Source of the DNA: a virus
Lineage: Duplodnaviria > Caudoviricetes
IMG/VR virus record: IMGVR_UViG_3300038976_000011
Location: 1-62,227 of that record
Length of the DNA stretch: 62,227 nucleotides
Reading direction: 5' to 3' (one strand)
A program made the translations under genes and the position numbers. This document shows positions 27,364-37,288 of the stretch, one piece after another (positions within the stretch are counted from its first letter, which is position 1; each line of letters opens with the position of its first letter). The notes beneath the pieces were generated by a model, which ran no database searches, was not told the DNA's origin, and worked only from the letters and a program-made list of their open reading frames with translations.

Positions 27364-27738
27364 TGGCCCGCCAACTGGTGCTCGCGGCCGGTGTGGGGGC
27401 GGGTGCTGCGGTGACGGTAGTGGCCGGCTTCCACGTGGGGGCGTGGCTGGTGGACGTGATGCTGTCCACCTTTTTCAGGGTCTGTGATCGGTGGGCCACA
27501 CGACAGGACATGGAGAGTGCGGAGTGAGTGAGACAGACAGGCCGGTAGTGCCGCTGCGGGTGCGGCAGAAGGTGGCAGAACACCTCGTCCGCAGGCAGGA
27601 CCGGCTCGCCGTGTTGACGCTGGTTGAGGCCGGGTTGGATGAGCTGACCGCGATCGCCTACGCCCGGTCGATGCCGGAGTACCAGACCGGGCTCAACCAC
27701 CGACCCACGGCGAACGTTGAGCTGCCGGACGGTGCGGC

Positions 27739-28008
27739 GTGACCGACATCGTGGTGGTGGTTACCCGGGACGTGGACGACACCACAGAGGTCAGCTGGTG
27801 GCTCGACACCGAAGCCTGGCATGCCGGGCATCCGGAGATGTACATCCACGGCTACGTCATCAACGGCAACGCCCGCGACCTCGACCCCGAGGCGGTGGTG
27901 GCGGCGTGGCGTCGTCTCACCGCGGACCGGCACGCGGACCTGTCCGACATGGCCACCCACCGTGTGGTGGATGGCGTGCTCACCCCGATCGAGGGGAGGG
28001 CGGCGTGA
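27739..28008 (+). CDS. Hypothetical protein
   Basis: GTGA-coupled early gene. Confidence 0.5.
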   Translation: MTDIVVVVTRDVDDTTEVSWWLDTEAWHAGHPEMYIHGYVINGNARDLDPEAVVAAWRRLTADRHADLSDMATHRVVDGVLTPIEGRAA

Positions 28009-28245
28009 CTGAGCAGGAGCTGTACGACTCACTCACCGTCAAGGTCGCCGAGCAGTTGACGGACGCCGAGTACCGGATGGGTTCGTGGCGGAAGATCAAC
28101 CGGGCGGACGCGTCGGAGCAGGAACAGCGCGCGGTTCTCTACTACCTGCGGATGGCGGGCGCAGCGCTGACGGTGCTGGTGCCGATGATCGCCGAACGGG
28201 ACACCCAGATCGAGCAGCTACGCGCACAGCTGGGTGGTGCTCCCG

Positions 28246-28689
28246 ATGCCGCGTAGCCGGGCCACCGCGAAGAAGGCGGGGACCGCTTTCGAGTCCCTCG
28301 TCGCCGCCTACCTCCGAGCCCACGTCGACGACCGGATCGAACGCCGAGCCCGCACCGGCGCGAAGGACCGGGGCGACATCTCCGGGGTTCGTACCGCGCA
28401 CGGTCACCGGCTGGTCGTCGAGTGCAAGGACGTGGCCCGTACCGACCTGCCAGGTTGGGTGCGGGAAGCCGAGTTGGAAGCCGGTAACGACGACGCGCTG
28501 GTGGGGGTGGTGGTGGCGAAGCGTCGGGGCACCACGGACCCGGGCGCGCAGTGGGTGCATTGCACGCTCGCTGATCTGGTGGCGTTGATCAAGGGTGAGC
28601 GTCCGCTGTCCCGGGAAGACCGGGTGGCGATAGCTGAGGACGTGGCGTTTGAACGCACGCAAGACCGGCTGTCGGGAGGCGAGGGATGA
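28246..28689 (+). CDS. Holliday junction resolvase (PD-(D/E)xK)
   Basis: KKAGTAFE...DRGDI...VVECK. Confidence 0.8.
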   Translation: MPRSRATAKKAGTAFESLVAAYLRAHVDDRIERRARTGAKDRGDISGVRTAHGHRLVVECKDVARTDLPGWVREAELEAGNDDALVGVVVAKRRGTTDPGAQWVHCTLADLVALIKGERPLSREDRVAIAEDVAFERTQDRLSGGEG

Positions 28690-29180
28690 CCGACAACCCG
28701 GTCGAGCTCGCCGAGGAAGCCGTCGCGCTCCGACTCATCGGCGACGCACTCCTCGCCAAGTCGAAGAACCTCGCAGCGCGTGCCGCCGCCGTGATGGGCA
28801 GAGGCACCCTCTTCCCCACCCTCCCGGACGGCACCGAGCTGGCGTGCTTCAACGTCCCGGCCGACGCCGAAACCGTGACCGTCGACGTGGACCTGCTGCT
28901 GCCCTTCGTGAAGCAGCACTACCCCACCGAGGTGATGGAGACCGTACGGCCAGCGTTCGTGGAGCGGGTGAAAGAGACGACCCGCAAGGCGAAGGCCCCA
29001 TGCGCACCCGACGGGGAACTGGATGTGCCGGGGGTGGAGTACTCGATGGAGCCGGCGAAGGGGCCGCGGATCACCGCGAAACCAGCCGGGAAGGACCGGG
29101 CCGCCGCCGCAGTCGAGCAGGTGTTGGCGGAAGCGTTGACATCGTTCGCGCGCCCCGCGTTGATCGAGGAGACGAGTTGA
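28686..29180 (+). CDS. Hypothetical protein (recombination module)
   Basis: Between the resolvase and the AAA ATPase; DGELDVPGV motif. Confidence 0.6.
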   Translation: MTDNPVELAEEAVALRLIGDALLAKSKNLAARAAAVMGRGTLFPTLPDGTELACFNVPADAETVTVDVDLLLPFVKQHYPTEVMETVRPAFVERVKETTRKAKAPCAPDGELDVPGVEYSMEPAKGPRITAKPAGKDRAAAAVEQVLAEALTSFARPALIEETS

Positions 29181-30064
29181 CCATCGAGTTCACGCCAGCC
29201 ACCCGGAAGTCGACGAAGGCGCGGATCGCGCTCGCCGGCCCATCCGGATCCGGCAAGACCTACACCGCGCTCGCCCTGGCGACCGCACTCGGCGACCGGG
29301 TCGCCGTCGTCGACACCGAACGTGGGTCGGCCGCCAAGTATGAGGGCGTCAACGGCTGGCAGTTCCACACCTGGGTACCGCAGGCCTTCTCCCCAACCTC
29401 CCTGGTGGAGGCGTTGGCGGTCGCGTCCGGCGCCGGGTTCGAGGTCGTCGTCGTCGACTCCCTGTCCCACTACTGGATGGGTGTCGACGGGATGCTGGAG
29501 CAGGCCGACCGGCGCGCGAAAGGCGGCAACACGTTCTCTGGCTGGAAGGAAGCCCGACCGGATGAGCGGCGCATGATCGATGCGCTGGCCGCCTACCCCG
29601 GGCACGTGATCGTCACCCTGCGAGTGAAGACCGAGTACGTGATCGAGAAGGACGACCGCGGGAAGAGTGTGCCCCGCAAGGTCGGGTTGAAGCCGGAACA
29701 GCGTGAAGGCATCGAGTACGAGTTTGATCTTGTCGGCGATCTGGACTTGGACAACACGCTGTCGGTGTCGAAGTCCCGCATCCCCGCACTGTCCCGCGCC
29801 GTGGTTCCCCAGCCCGGGGCCGAGCTGGCCGACACGATCCGCGAGTGGCTGTCCGACGGCGAGACCGCGCCGGGCGCCCTCGACTACCGCGAGCAGGCGT
29901 TGAAGGCCACCGACAAGGCGACGTTGAAGGCGCTCGGGCAGACGGTGAAGTCCCGCGGCCTGGCCGGCGCCCCGGTGGTCGACGAGCACGGCAACTCGAC
30001 CGTGTTGTTCGACCTCATCGTGGCTCGGTGGCACGACGCTAAGGACGAGGCGATGGCGTCATGA
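29177..30064 (+). CDS. AAA ATPase, Sak4-like recombination protein
   Basis: GPSGSGKT, VDTE, VVDSLSHYW, QREGIEYEFD. Confidence 0.85.
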   Translation: MTIEFTPATRKSTKARIALAGPSGSGKTYTALALATALGDRVAVVDTERGSAAKYEGVNGWQFHTWVPQAFSPTSLVEALAVASGAGFEVVVVDSLSHYWMGVDGMLEQADRRAKGGNTFSGWKEARPDERRMIDALAAYPGHVIVTLRVKTEYVIEKDDRGKSVPRKVGLKPEQREGIEYEFDLVGDLDLDNTLSVSKSRIPALSRAVVPQPGAELADTIREWLSDGETAPGALDYREQALKATDKATLKALGQTVKSRGLAGAPVVDEHGNSTVLFDLIVARWHDAKDEAMAS

Positions 30065-30453
30065 CCACCCGAGTGTTGATCACCTGCTCCCGCTCGTGGC
30101 GGTCCTGGTCGGTGATGCGCGAAGCCCTCACCCAGGTGCGCGCTCAACACCCCGACGCGGTGCTTGTGCACGGCGACGCACCGAAGGGTGACCGGGACGC
30201 GGCTGGTCTCTGGCGCGGCATGGGCGGCCAGGTGGAGGCGTGGCCCGCGAAGTGGCTGGAGCACGGCGACGACTGCCGCTGCCCCGACCGCACAGCGCGG
30301 TGCCGGTTCGCAGGGTTCCGCCGCAACCTGGCGATGGTCGACTCCGCCCCCGACCTGTGTCTCGCGTTCATCCACGCGGGCAGCAGGGGCGCCACGCACT
30401 GCGCTGACGCGGCCGAACACGCGGGCATCCCGACTGCGAGGTACCAGTCATGA
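30061..30453 (+). CDS. SLOG-superfamily (DUF2493/YspA-like) protein
   Basis: RVLITCSRSW...LVHGDA..G..AGFRRN..MV...SRGATHC. Confidence 0.85.
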   Translation: MTTRVLITCSRSWRSWSVMREALTQVRAQHPDAVLVHGDAPKGDRDAAGLWRGMGGQVEAWPAKWLEHGDDCRCPDRTARCRFAGFRRNLAMVDSAPDLCLAFIHAGSRGATHCADAAEHAGIPTARYQS

Positions 30454-30656
30454 GCGCGGAGCAGTGGGTGTGGCGGTTCCTCCGCTACCTGCCCGGCAAC
30501 TGCGACGTGTGCGGCAACCGTCGGGTGGTGCAGGTCCGACAGATCTCCGACGACCGCGGGTTGCGGCCGTGCTCGGTGGTGGTGCCCTGCCCGCACTGCG
30601 TCTCCCCGAACCAACTGGCGGCGAACATCGACCCGGCCGGAGGCGCGGCGGCATGA
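30450..30656 (+). CDS. Small zinc-finger protein
   Basis: CDVC...CPHC. Confidence 0.5.
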   Translation: MSAEQWVWRFLRYLPGNCDVCGNRRVVQVRQISDDRGLRPCSVVVPCPHCVSPNQLAANIDPAGGAAA

Positions 30657-31837
30657 CCGATCTCGTCATCGAGGGATTCGCGGGGCCCGGCGGATGGAGC
30701 GAAGGGCTTCGCCTGGCAGGCCACACCGGGTACTCCGTTGGCGTCGAGTGGGATGCTGCTGCATGCCGGACGGCGCGCGCCGCCGCGCACCAGCGGATCC
30801 GTGCCGACGTCTCGGCCTTCCCCCTCGGGCACCTCGCGGGGAAGGTCGACGGACTGATCCAGTCCCCGCCATGCCAGGCCTGGTCCACCGCCGGCGACCA
30901 GCTCGGCAAGGTCGACCAGCCACTTGTGTACGAGCGCATCGACTACTTCGCCCGCGGCCAGGAGCCACCTGAGCGGGAGTGGGCCGACGACCGGTCGAAG
31001 CTGACCGCCGAGCCGATGCGGTGGGCACACGCGCTCCGTCCACGCTGGATCGCGCTGGAGCAGGTGCCCCCGGTTCTGCCGCTGTGGCAGTACACCGCCG
31101 AGAAGCTTCGTGAGCTCAGCTACCGCGTGTGGTGCGGCATCTTGTCCGCCGAGCAGTACGGCGTCCCCCAGACCCGGCGCCGCGCCATCCTCATCGCCCG
31201 CCGCGACGGCCACCCCGTCGGACCGCCGGAACCGACGCACCAGCAGTACCGAGCCGGCCGCGCGCTTGAGACCGTGCCGGACCTGTTCGGCGACCCGCTT
31301 CCGCCGCCCGTCTCGATGGCCGAAGCGCTCGGCTGGGGTGTCGACGGCCGACCCGCCTGGACGGTCACTGGCGGTGGCACTGAGTCCGGTGGCGGCGTCG
31401 AGGTGTTCGGCAACGCGGATGCGCGGCGAGCGATCGCGCAGGCCCGCAACTCGGGGCCCGGTGCCGAGCGGGATCCGCGACCGATCGAAGCCCCCTCGTA
31501 CACGATCCGCGCTCAGGGCAGTGGCAGTCACCCGTCCGGTACCGAATGGCGCATGTGGCCGGCTGGGGTGACGAATAACCGCCAGTACAGCCGTGCAGCT
31601 TCGGCACCGAGTCCTACTGTGACCGGTGTTGGCAACCAGGTGTGGCAGGACACCGCCGCCGCCACTCAGGTGACGGTGCAGGAAGCCGCGATGCTGCAGT
31701 CCTTCCCCGCCGACTACCCGTGGCAAGGCAACAAGTCCGAGCAGTACCGCCAGGTCGGTGACGCCGTGCCGCCGCTGCTCGCCGCCGCGATCCTGCGACC
31801 CCTCATCCAAGACAACCCGAAGGAGGCGGCGGCGTGA
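30653..31837 (+). CDS. DNA cytosine-5 methyltransferase
   Basis: FAGPGG, SPPCQ, EQV (ENV variant), YGVPQTRRR, QVGDAVPP. Confidence 0.92.
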   Translation: MTDLVIEGFAGPGGWSEGLRLAGHTGYSVGVEWDAAACRTARAAAHQRIRADVSAFPLGHLAGKVDGLIQSPPCQAWSTAGDQLGKVDQPLVYERIDYFARGQEPPEREWADDRSKLTAEPMRWAHALRPRWIALEQVPPVLPLWQYTAEKLRELSYRVWCGILSAEQYGVPQTRRRAILIARRDGHPVGPPEPTHQQYRAGRALETVPDLFGDPLPPPVSMAEALGWGVDGRPAWTVTGGGTESGGGVEVFGNADARRAIAQARNSGPGAERDPRPIEAPSYTIRAQGSGSHPSGTEWRMWPAGVTNNRQYSRAASAPSPTVTGVGNQVWQDTAAATQVTVQEAAMLQSFPADYPWQGNKSEQYRQVGDAVPPLLAAAILRPLIQDNPKEAAA

Positions 31838-32460
31838 GGCCACCAGCAGGCGACCGGCTGGATGACGCGCTCAACCTGTTCCATGACGCGGCGTGGTCGT
31901 GTCCGGGTGGTAAGCCGCAGGTCACGGCAGAGCAGCTGGCGTACTGGCTGACGGTGGTGGAGCCGTGGTTCCGGGACGAGCTGATGCCGCGTCGACTGCC
32001 CACGGTCCCGAAGGAGTACCGGCCAGCGCATCCGAAGAAGGTGCGGGTGGCGTCGGCGTTGCAGTCGTCGACGATCCCGGCCCCGATCCGGCGCGACGTG
32101 GTGACCCGCGATGGGTGGGAGTGTCAGCGCTGCGGCCGGTCGATCTACGGGATCCGGGCGGGACTCCAACACAGACGTCCCCGCGGCGCCGGGGGAAGCA
32201 CACGGCTGCACACCATGGCGAACCTCGTCTTGCTGTGCGGGTGGGCGGATGACCCGGACACGTGCACGCACTTGGTGGAGCGGCTGGACCGGGCGGGTGC
32301 GACCCGTGATGGGTGGCTGGTGCCGAACGGTGTGGCCCCGGAGGAGTGGCCGGTGTTGCGGTACGGCAGGTACTGGATGCAGCCGGGCAGTGAGTGGGTG
32401 CCGGCGTTGCCGCACCCGGACCAGATCGAGAGGGGAGCAGTCGCATGCCCGACGAGCTGA
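31834..32460 (+). CDS. HNH-like protein
   Basis: RDGWECQRCG...QHRRPR...NLVLLCG...CTH. Confidence 0.7.
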   Translation: MRPPAGDRLDDALNLFHDAAWSCPGGKPQVTAEQLAYWLTVVEPWFRDELMPRRLPTVPKEYRPAHPKKVRVASALQSSTIPAPIRRDVVTRDGWECQRCGRSIYGIRAGLQHRRPRGAGGSTRLHTMANLVLLCGWADDPDTCTHLVERLDRAGATRDGWLVPNGVAPEEWPVLRYGRYWMQPGSEWVPALPHPDQIERGAVACPTS

Positions 32461-32683
32461 ACGACGGACGGGTGGCCTATCTCGAGGCCCGTGTCGGGGA
32501 GTTGCACCAAACGATCGCCGACCTACGGGACGGCTGGCGTGAGGCTGACCAGCAGCACGCGCGCTACGTGGAGCCGCTGCTGGCCGAGGTCGCCCGGTTG
32601 CGGCGTGAGGTGGAGTTCGAAGCCTGCGGGGCGGACACGTTCAGCGGCGCTGACGCGGCGGTTGAGGGTGGTGACCCCACCCC

Positions 32684-33478
32684 GTGACAGACCCGTACTA
32701 CCAAGACGATCACGTGACGCTGTATTGCGGGCGGATGGAAGATGTGCTGCCCGAGCTCGGACAGTTCGACGCCTGCGTGACCGATCCGCCGTACGGGGAA
32801 ACGTCGCTGGCGTGGGATCGGTGGCCGGTCGGTTGGCCCGCCCTGGTGTCCGAGCACACCTCGAGCATGTGGTGCTTCGGGTCCATGCGGATGTTTCTCG
32901 CGCAGCGGGATCAGTTTGCTGGCTGGAAGCTCGCACAGGACACCATCGGCGAGTTCGAGATCGACACCGCAGTCTGGGAGAAGAACAAGGCCAGTGGGCC
33001 AGGCAAGGACCGATTTCGCCGGGTGCACGAGCTGGCGACGCAGTGGTATCACGGACAGTGGCGCGACATCTACCATGAGACCCCGCGCGTCCCGGCAACG
33101 GCTGACCGGGTCAACAAGGTCGGATCGCTTGTCTACCGCAGTGCCAGGGGCGTGTCCCACCGGGGCGACTACGGGCCAAACCCGTACATAGACGATGGGA
33201 CACGGCTGGCGCGATCCGTCATCCGTGCGCGGGTTGTGCGGGGCCGCGAGACGCACCCAACCGAGAAGCCCCTCGATGTGCTGATACCCCTCATCGAGTA
33301 CAGCGTGCCACCCGCTGGCATTGTGCTGGACCCGTTTGCGGGGCGGGGTTCCACCGGCGTGGCCGCTCGGTATATCGGCCGCAGATCGGTGCTAATCGAG
33401 GGCGACGAAGCCATGTGCGAAAAGACCGTTACCCAGCGTCTCGCTGTCCCTGATCTGTTTGGGGGTGTAGTGGCATGA
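32684..33478 (+). CDS. DNA N4-cytosine/N6-adenine methyltransferase (beta class)
   Basis: TDPPY...HPTEKP...LDPFAGRGST. Confidence 0.92.
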   Translation: MTDPYYQDDHVTLYCGRMEDVLPELGQFDACVTDPPYGETSLAWDRWPVGWPALVSEHTSSMWCFGSMRMFLAQRDQFAGWKLAQDTIGEFEIDTAVWEKNKASGPGKDRFRRVHELATQWYHGQWRDIYHETPRVPATADRVNKVGSLVYRSARGVSHRGDYGPNPYIDDGTRLARSVIRARVVRGRETHPTEKPLDVLIPLIEYSVPPAGIVLDPFAGRGSTGVAARYIGRRSVLIEGDEAMCEKTVTQRLAVPDLFGGVVA

Positions 33479-34104
33479 CAGACACCGACTGGCGGCCCCT
33501 CGACCTCGCGCCCGACCCGGTCGTGGACCAGTCCTGGCGTGACCAGGCATCCTGCCTGCAAGTTGGACCTGAGCCGTGGTTCCCCGAGAAAGGTGACTCG
33601 GTCCGCGAGGCGCGTGTCATCTGCCGCCGCTGCCCGGTACGGCAGTCCTGCCAGGAGTACGCGGTCGCCACCGGGCAGCGGTTCGGCGTCTGGGGCGGGC
33701 TGACACCTCGCGAATTGCTGCACCTGAGGGCGCTCCGCGGCCTCACCGACACACCAGTCACCGAAGAAAACGCCGCCCCGGCCACCGCACCGTCGGTGGG
33801 GGTGACCCGCCGCAGGCAGGCCCTCGGCCGGCACGGCTACACACTCCGCCAGATCGCCGACGAACTCGGCATCAACGACTCCACCGTGTCCGGGCATCTC
33901 TCCCAAGATCTGGTGCTGGTGTCCACGCTCGAACGGTGGCAGGTCATGTACCGCCGCCTGTCCCAACGCGAGGGGCCCAGTGCGCGTGCCCGCATGGCGG
34001 CGGAACGCGCCCACTGGTTACCGGTGTCGGCGTGGACCGAGGACACGATCGACGACCCAGACGCGGAACCCCAGCTTGACGACGGAGCGGAGGACGTGGC
34101 ATGA
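33475..34104 (+). CDS. whiB: WhiB-family regulator with C-terminal HTH extension
   Basis: WRDQASC...CRRCPV...C...GVWGG followed by YTLRQIADELGI. Confidence 0.88.
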   Translation: MTDTDWRPLDLAPDPVVDQSWRDQASCLQVGPEPWFPEKGDSVREARVICRRCPVRQSCQEYAVATGQRFGVWGGLTPRELLHLRALRGLTDTPVTEENAAPATAPSVGVTRRRQALGRHGYTLRQIADELGINDSTVSGHLSQDLVLVSTLERWQVMYRRLSQREGPSARARMAAERAHWLPVSAWTEDTIDDPDAEPQLDDGAEDVA

Positions 34105-34475
34105 CCGACGAGTGGCGGCTACGCGCCGCCTGCCGGGGCAAGGACTTGGCGATCTTCTTCCCCAACGGCGGTGACCGGCACGACGAGGCGGAGAAGACGT
34201 GCGCTGCCTGCCCGGTCCGCGACACCTGTCTCGCTGACGCGCTGCGGGTGCTCGACGTGCACGGCTATCGGGGCGGCACCACCGGCGATGAACGCGCCGC
34301 GATGGTCGCCAACCGCCGCGGCAGACGAGCCACCGGCGCCCGGATGGCGGAGGACATTCTGCGGCTCCACGCCCGGCACTGGTCCTCTGACCGGATCGCC
34401 AGGTGGGTGGGCACGACACGGGAGACCGTGTGGCGACGGATCTCCCAGTCCCGCCAGGACGGGACAGTCACATGA
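34101..34475 (+). CDS. whiB: Second WhiB-family regulator with C-terminal HTH
   Basis: WRLRAAC...CAACPV...C...GYRGG. Confidence 0.82.
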   Translation: MTDEWRLRAACRGKDLAIFFPNGGDRHDEAEKTCAACPVRDTCLADALRVLDVHGYRGGTTGDERAAMVANRRGRRATGARMAEDILRLHARHWSSDRIARWVGTTRETVWRRISQSRQDGTVT

Positions 34476-34933
34476 ACGACAGCTCCGTCCGCCGCGACCA
34501 AGTGATCGCCAACTGTCCCACGGTGGACCGCCGCGAACACCGCGCCTACCTCGCCGTCCTCGACGCCCAAGACCTAGTGATCGCGGTCCGTGACCTCGAC
34601 CCCCGTGAGGTGTGGGGCACCCTCGCCACCTGGGGACAGGAAGACCCCCTCAGGGTGTATGCGGTGGTGACTGCGTTGGCGGCGATGGTGCCCACCGACC
34701 GCCCGGTCCGCGACATGCTCGCCTGGACCGAGCAGCTCACCCCCGAGGCGCACGGCGCAGTGCGTGCCGTAAAGCCCCGGGACACCACCCGCGACGAGCT
34801 GCTGAAGGCAGCCCGCGCCGCCTACGAACGCGGCTCCCGGGAGGAGTGGGTGGTGGAAGGCAACAGGGCCTACGACCGGGCCCGCAAGGCCCGCCACCGT
34901 GCCCGCAACAACACACAGAGGGGAGCCGCATAG
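34472..34933 (+). CDS. Hypothetical protein
   Basis: ATGA-coupled; LAAMVPTD...LAW. Confidence 0.6.
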   Translation: MNDSSVRRDQVIANCPTVDRREHRAYLAVLDAQDLVIAVRDLDPREVWGTLATWGQEDPLRVYAVVTALAAMVPTDRPVRDMLAWTEQLTPEAHGAVRAVKPRDTTRDELLKAARAAYERGSREEWVVEGNRAYDRARKARHRARNNTQRGAA

Positions 34934-34984
34934 ATGGCGCGGCTCCTGCCATTCGAACCGCGACGCAAACGAAGGGGAGGTGAC

Positions 34985-36013
34985 ATGGCGGCTACCCGAT
35001 ACACGGCCATCCGGTGGGCCAGGGAGGTTCCCACCTTGCTGCATCGCGGCCGTGTCGACCGTCTGGGCCGCCACGTGGTCCTGTTGATGGCGACGTACGC
35101 CAAGAACGACGGGACCGACATGTACGCGTCGGCAGCGTCGTTGGCGAAGGACGCGTGCGCGTCGGAGCGGGAAGTTGTGGACGCGCTCGACCGGCTCGAG
35201 AAGGCCGGTCTGATCGCGCGGGCGCACGCGTCCAATGGTGCCCCAGGGTGGTCGTTGAACCTGTCGGTTCGGGTGGAGTCGGATGGGGTGGCCGAGGATC
35301 GGCTGGAGCGTCGACGGGCGGCGGACCGCGCTCGGCAGCAACGTCGACGCGACCGCCAAAAAGCAGAGCGTCACGGTGCACTTGCCCGTGACGGTCACGC
35401 CCAACTAGACCGTGACGTCACGGGCAACTCGACCGTGACAACGGCGGATGTCACGCAAGAGTTGGGCGTGAGTCACGCAGAAGTCGCCCGTGACAACGGC
35501 CATGTCACGCAAGAGTTGCCCGTGAGTCACGCATCAATGACCGTGACACCTGCAGGTCAGACGGGGTGTAACTCCCTTGAACTCCCTAAAGATAGAACTC
35601 CCAAAGATGAACTCCCAGCGGACGCTGACGCGTCCGGCGCGAGCGTCCTCGCGCTCGGCGACATCACGCCACCCGTGAAACCAGCCAAGCGGCGCAAGAC
35701 GGAGCCCGCCGACCCGCGCGAGGCGCAAGCCAAGGACCTCGCCACGCGCTACTACGAGGCGATGTCCAAGCAGGTGGCGTTCATGGGCGTCAAAGGCGTT
35801 GTCAAGCAGGCGTTGACTGTCTTCACCTACGAGCAAGTCCGAGCCGGCCTGATCCACATGTCCACCGTGGACCGGTACCGGCCACTCACCCGGCAGACCC
35901 TGCTGTCCGCGATCGAGGCCCCTGCGGGCCGCGGCGCCAACAGGGCCGGGCATCAGCCCTACCGCGACGCCAAAGATGACTCCGCATACGACGAGGGATG
36001 GGGGATCGCATGA
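34985..36013 (+). CDS. Replication initiator (N-terminal wHTH, lambda O-like organisation)
   Basis: HTH N-terminus, internal iteron array, upstream of the DnaC-like ATPase. Confidence 0.8.
   Translation: MAATRYTAIRWAREVPTLLHRGRVDRLGRHVVLLMATYAKNDGTDMYASAASLAKDACASEREVVDALDRLEKAGLIARAHASNGAPGWSLNLSVRVESDGVAEDRLERRRAADRARQQRRRDRQKAERHGALARDGHAQLDRDVTGNSTVTTADVTQELGVSHAEVARDNGHVTQELPVSHASMTVTPAGQTGCNSLELPKDRTPKDELPADADASGASVLALGDITPPVKPAKRRKTEPADPREAQAKDLATRYYEAMSKQVAFMGVKGVVKQALTVFTYEQVRAGLIHMSTVDRYRPLTRQTLLSAIEAPAGRGANRAGHQPYRDAKDDSAYDEGWGIA
35370..35616. other. Putative replication origin: 7 palindromic iterons plus 4 AACTCCC repeats
   Basis: GTCACG-N11-CGTGA(C/G) six times and N10 once (35370-35547), followed by an A-rich tract. 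Confidence 0.78.
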
Positions 36014-36657
36014 CCAGCGACCCGACGATCGTCACACTCGACGACTACCCAGACCCGCAGCGGGACCGCTACTGGGTCGCGGAGAACCTTGACGCCGCCG
36101 CCCGGCACCTCGCCGAGACGCTGCCGGTGCACTACGCGGACGCGGTCGCCGACCACCCGGACGTGGTGGCTTGGGTCAAGGCCGTGGTGGAGTCCGCGGT
36201 GGCGTCGAAGCTGACGGTGCCGGCGCTCACCACCGGGCCGTCGCTGCTGCTGTGCGGCCGGGTGGGCAGGGGCAAAACCCATCAGGCGTGGGGTGCGGTG
36301 CGTGCGCTCGCTGTGACCGGGTTGCGGATCGGGTGGGTGGTGGTGACCGCAGCGGACCTGTACGCGTTGCTGCGGCCGCGAGCAGGCGTGGACTCGGAGA
36401 CGGTGTTCCAGCACCACGCCCGCGCCCGGCTGCTGGTCCTCGACGACGTGGGGGCGTCGAAGTCCACCGAGTGGACCGAGGAGATCAACTACCGGTTGGT
36501 GAACCACCGCTACGAGAACGAGCTACCGACCCTGTTCACGTCGAACCTGCCGCCGAAGGAGCTGCCGGCGATGTTGGGTGATCGGGTGGCGTCACGGCTG
36601 ATTGAGATGACATCGCCGGTGGTGCTCCGCGGTGAGGACAGGAGGCGGGCGGCATGA
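36010..36657 (+). CDS. DnaC/IstB-like helicase loader ATPase
   Basis: GRVGRGKT, LLVLDDVG, RYENELPTLFTSN, DRVASRL. Confidence 0.9.
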   Translation: MTSDPTIVTLDDYPDPQRDRYWVAENLDAAARHLAETLPVHYADAVADHPDVVAWVKAVVESAVASKLTVPALTTGPSLLLCGRVGRGKTHQAWGAVRALAVTGLRIGWVVVTAADLYALLRPRAGVDSETVFQHHARARLLVLDDVGASKSTEWTEEINYRLVNHRYENELPTLFTSNLPPKELPAMLGDRVASRLIEMTSPVVLRGEDRRRAA

Positions 36658-37097
36658 CCGTGCTGAGAGGCATCTTCGACATCCCGCTCGGCGAGCGGTG
36701 GCCGGTCGTCCGGACCGGTGAGCGTGCCCCGATCCCTGCCGATGTGCGGCAGTTGGTGAAGGCCCGGGACGATGGCCGGTGCGTGTTCTGCGGTCGATCT
36801 CCGGGGTGGCTGGAGCTGGACCACATCGTGCCGTGGTCGGCGGCCGGGCCGGACACCTCAAGCAACCTGCGGACGCTGTGCTCGGAATGCAACGAGACTC
36901 GCAGCAACTTCCGCACCTACTGTGACGAGCCGGCTACGCCGGTGACCCGAGCGTGCGACGACTGCCTCCGCGGTTGGGTGCGCAGGTACGGAGCTGCTCG
37001 TGGTGGTCGGATCGTGCCGGGTGTCGCCGTGGTGGAGGCGTACTGCGGGACGTGCGGCGAGCTGTCGGGGGTCACTGATCCGGCGAGGCTGCTGTGA
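36654..37097 (+). CDS. HNH endonuclease
   Basis: CVFCG...LDHIVPWS...NLRTLCSECN. Confidence 0.88.
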   Translation: MTVLRGIFDIPLGERWPVVRTGERAPIPADVRQLVKARDDGRCVFCGRSPGWLELDHIVPWSAAGPDTSSNLRTLCSECNETRSNFRTYCDEPATPVTRACDDCLRGWVRRYGAARGGRIVPGVAVVEAYCGTCGELSGVTDPARLL

Positions 37098-37288
37098 CGT
37101 CGTGGGCTGAGGCGCGCAGGCTCGCCGCACTCGAGCTGGACCATGTGCGGCAGGAGGCGCAGCGGGTGGCGTGCCCCGAGTGCCTGGTTGAGGCGGGGGT
37201 GGGGTGCCGGAACGTGCACGACGGGCAACCGTTGGAGCGTTTGCCGGCTCATTGGAGACGTATCCGGGCAGCCGAGGAGACACCATGA
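37094..37288 (+). CDS. Small zinc-finger protein
   Basis: CPEC...GC...AHWRR. Confidence 0.6.
   Translation: MTSWAEARRLAALELDHVRQEAQRVACPECLVEAGVGCRNVHDGQPLERLPAHWRRIRAAEETP

Noticed and set aside
30653-33478. Two methyltransferases plus HNH as a restriction-modification system
   Set aside because: Orphan methyltransferases and HNH genes are routine in actinophage early regions, and no cognate restriction enzyme is recognisable.
35370-35547. Palindromic repeats as a CRISPR array
   Set aside because: The units are about 23 bp, nearly contiguous and inside a coding initiator gene; there are no unique 30-40 bp spacers and no cas genes.
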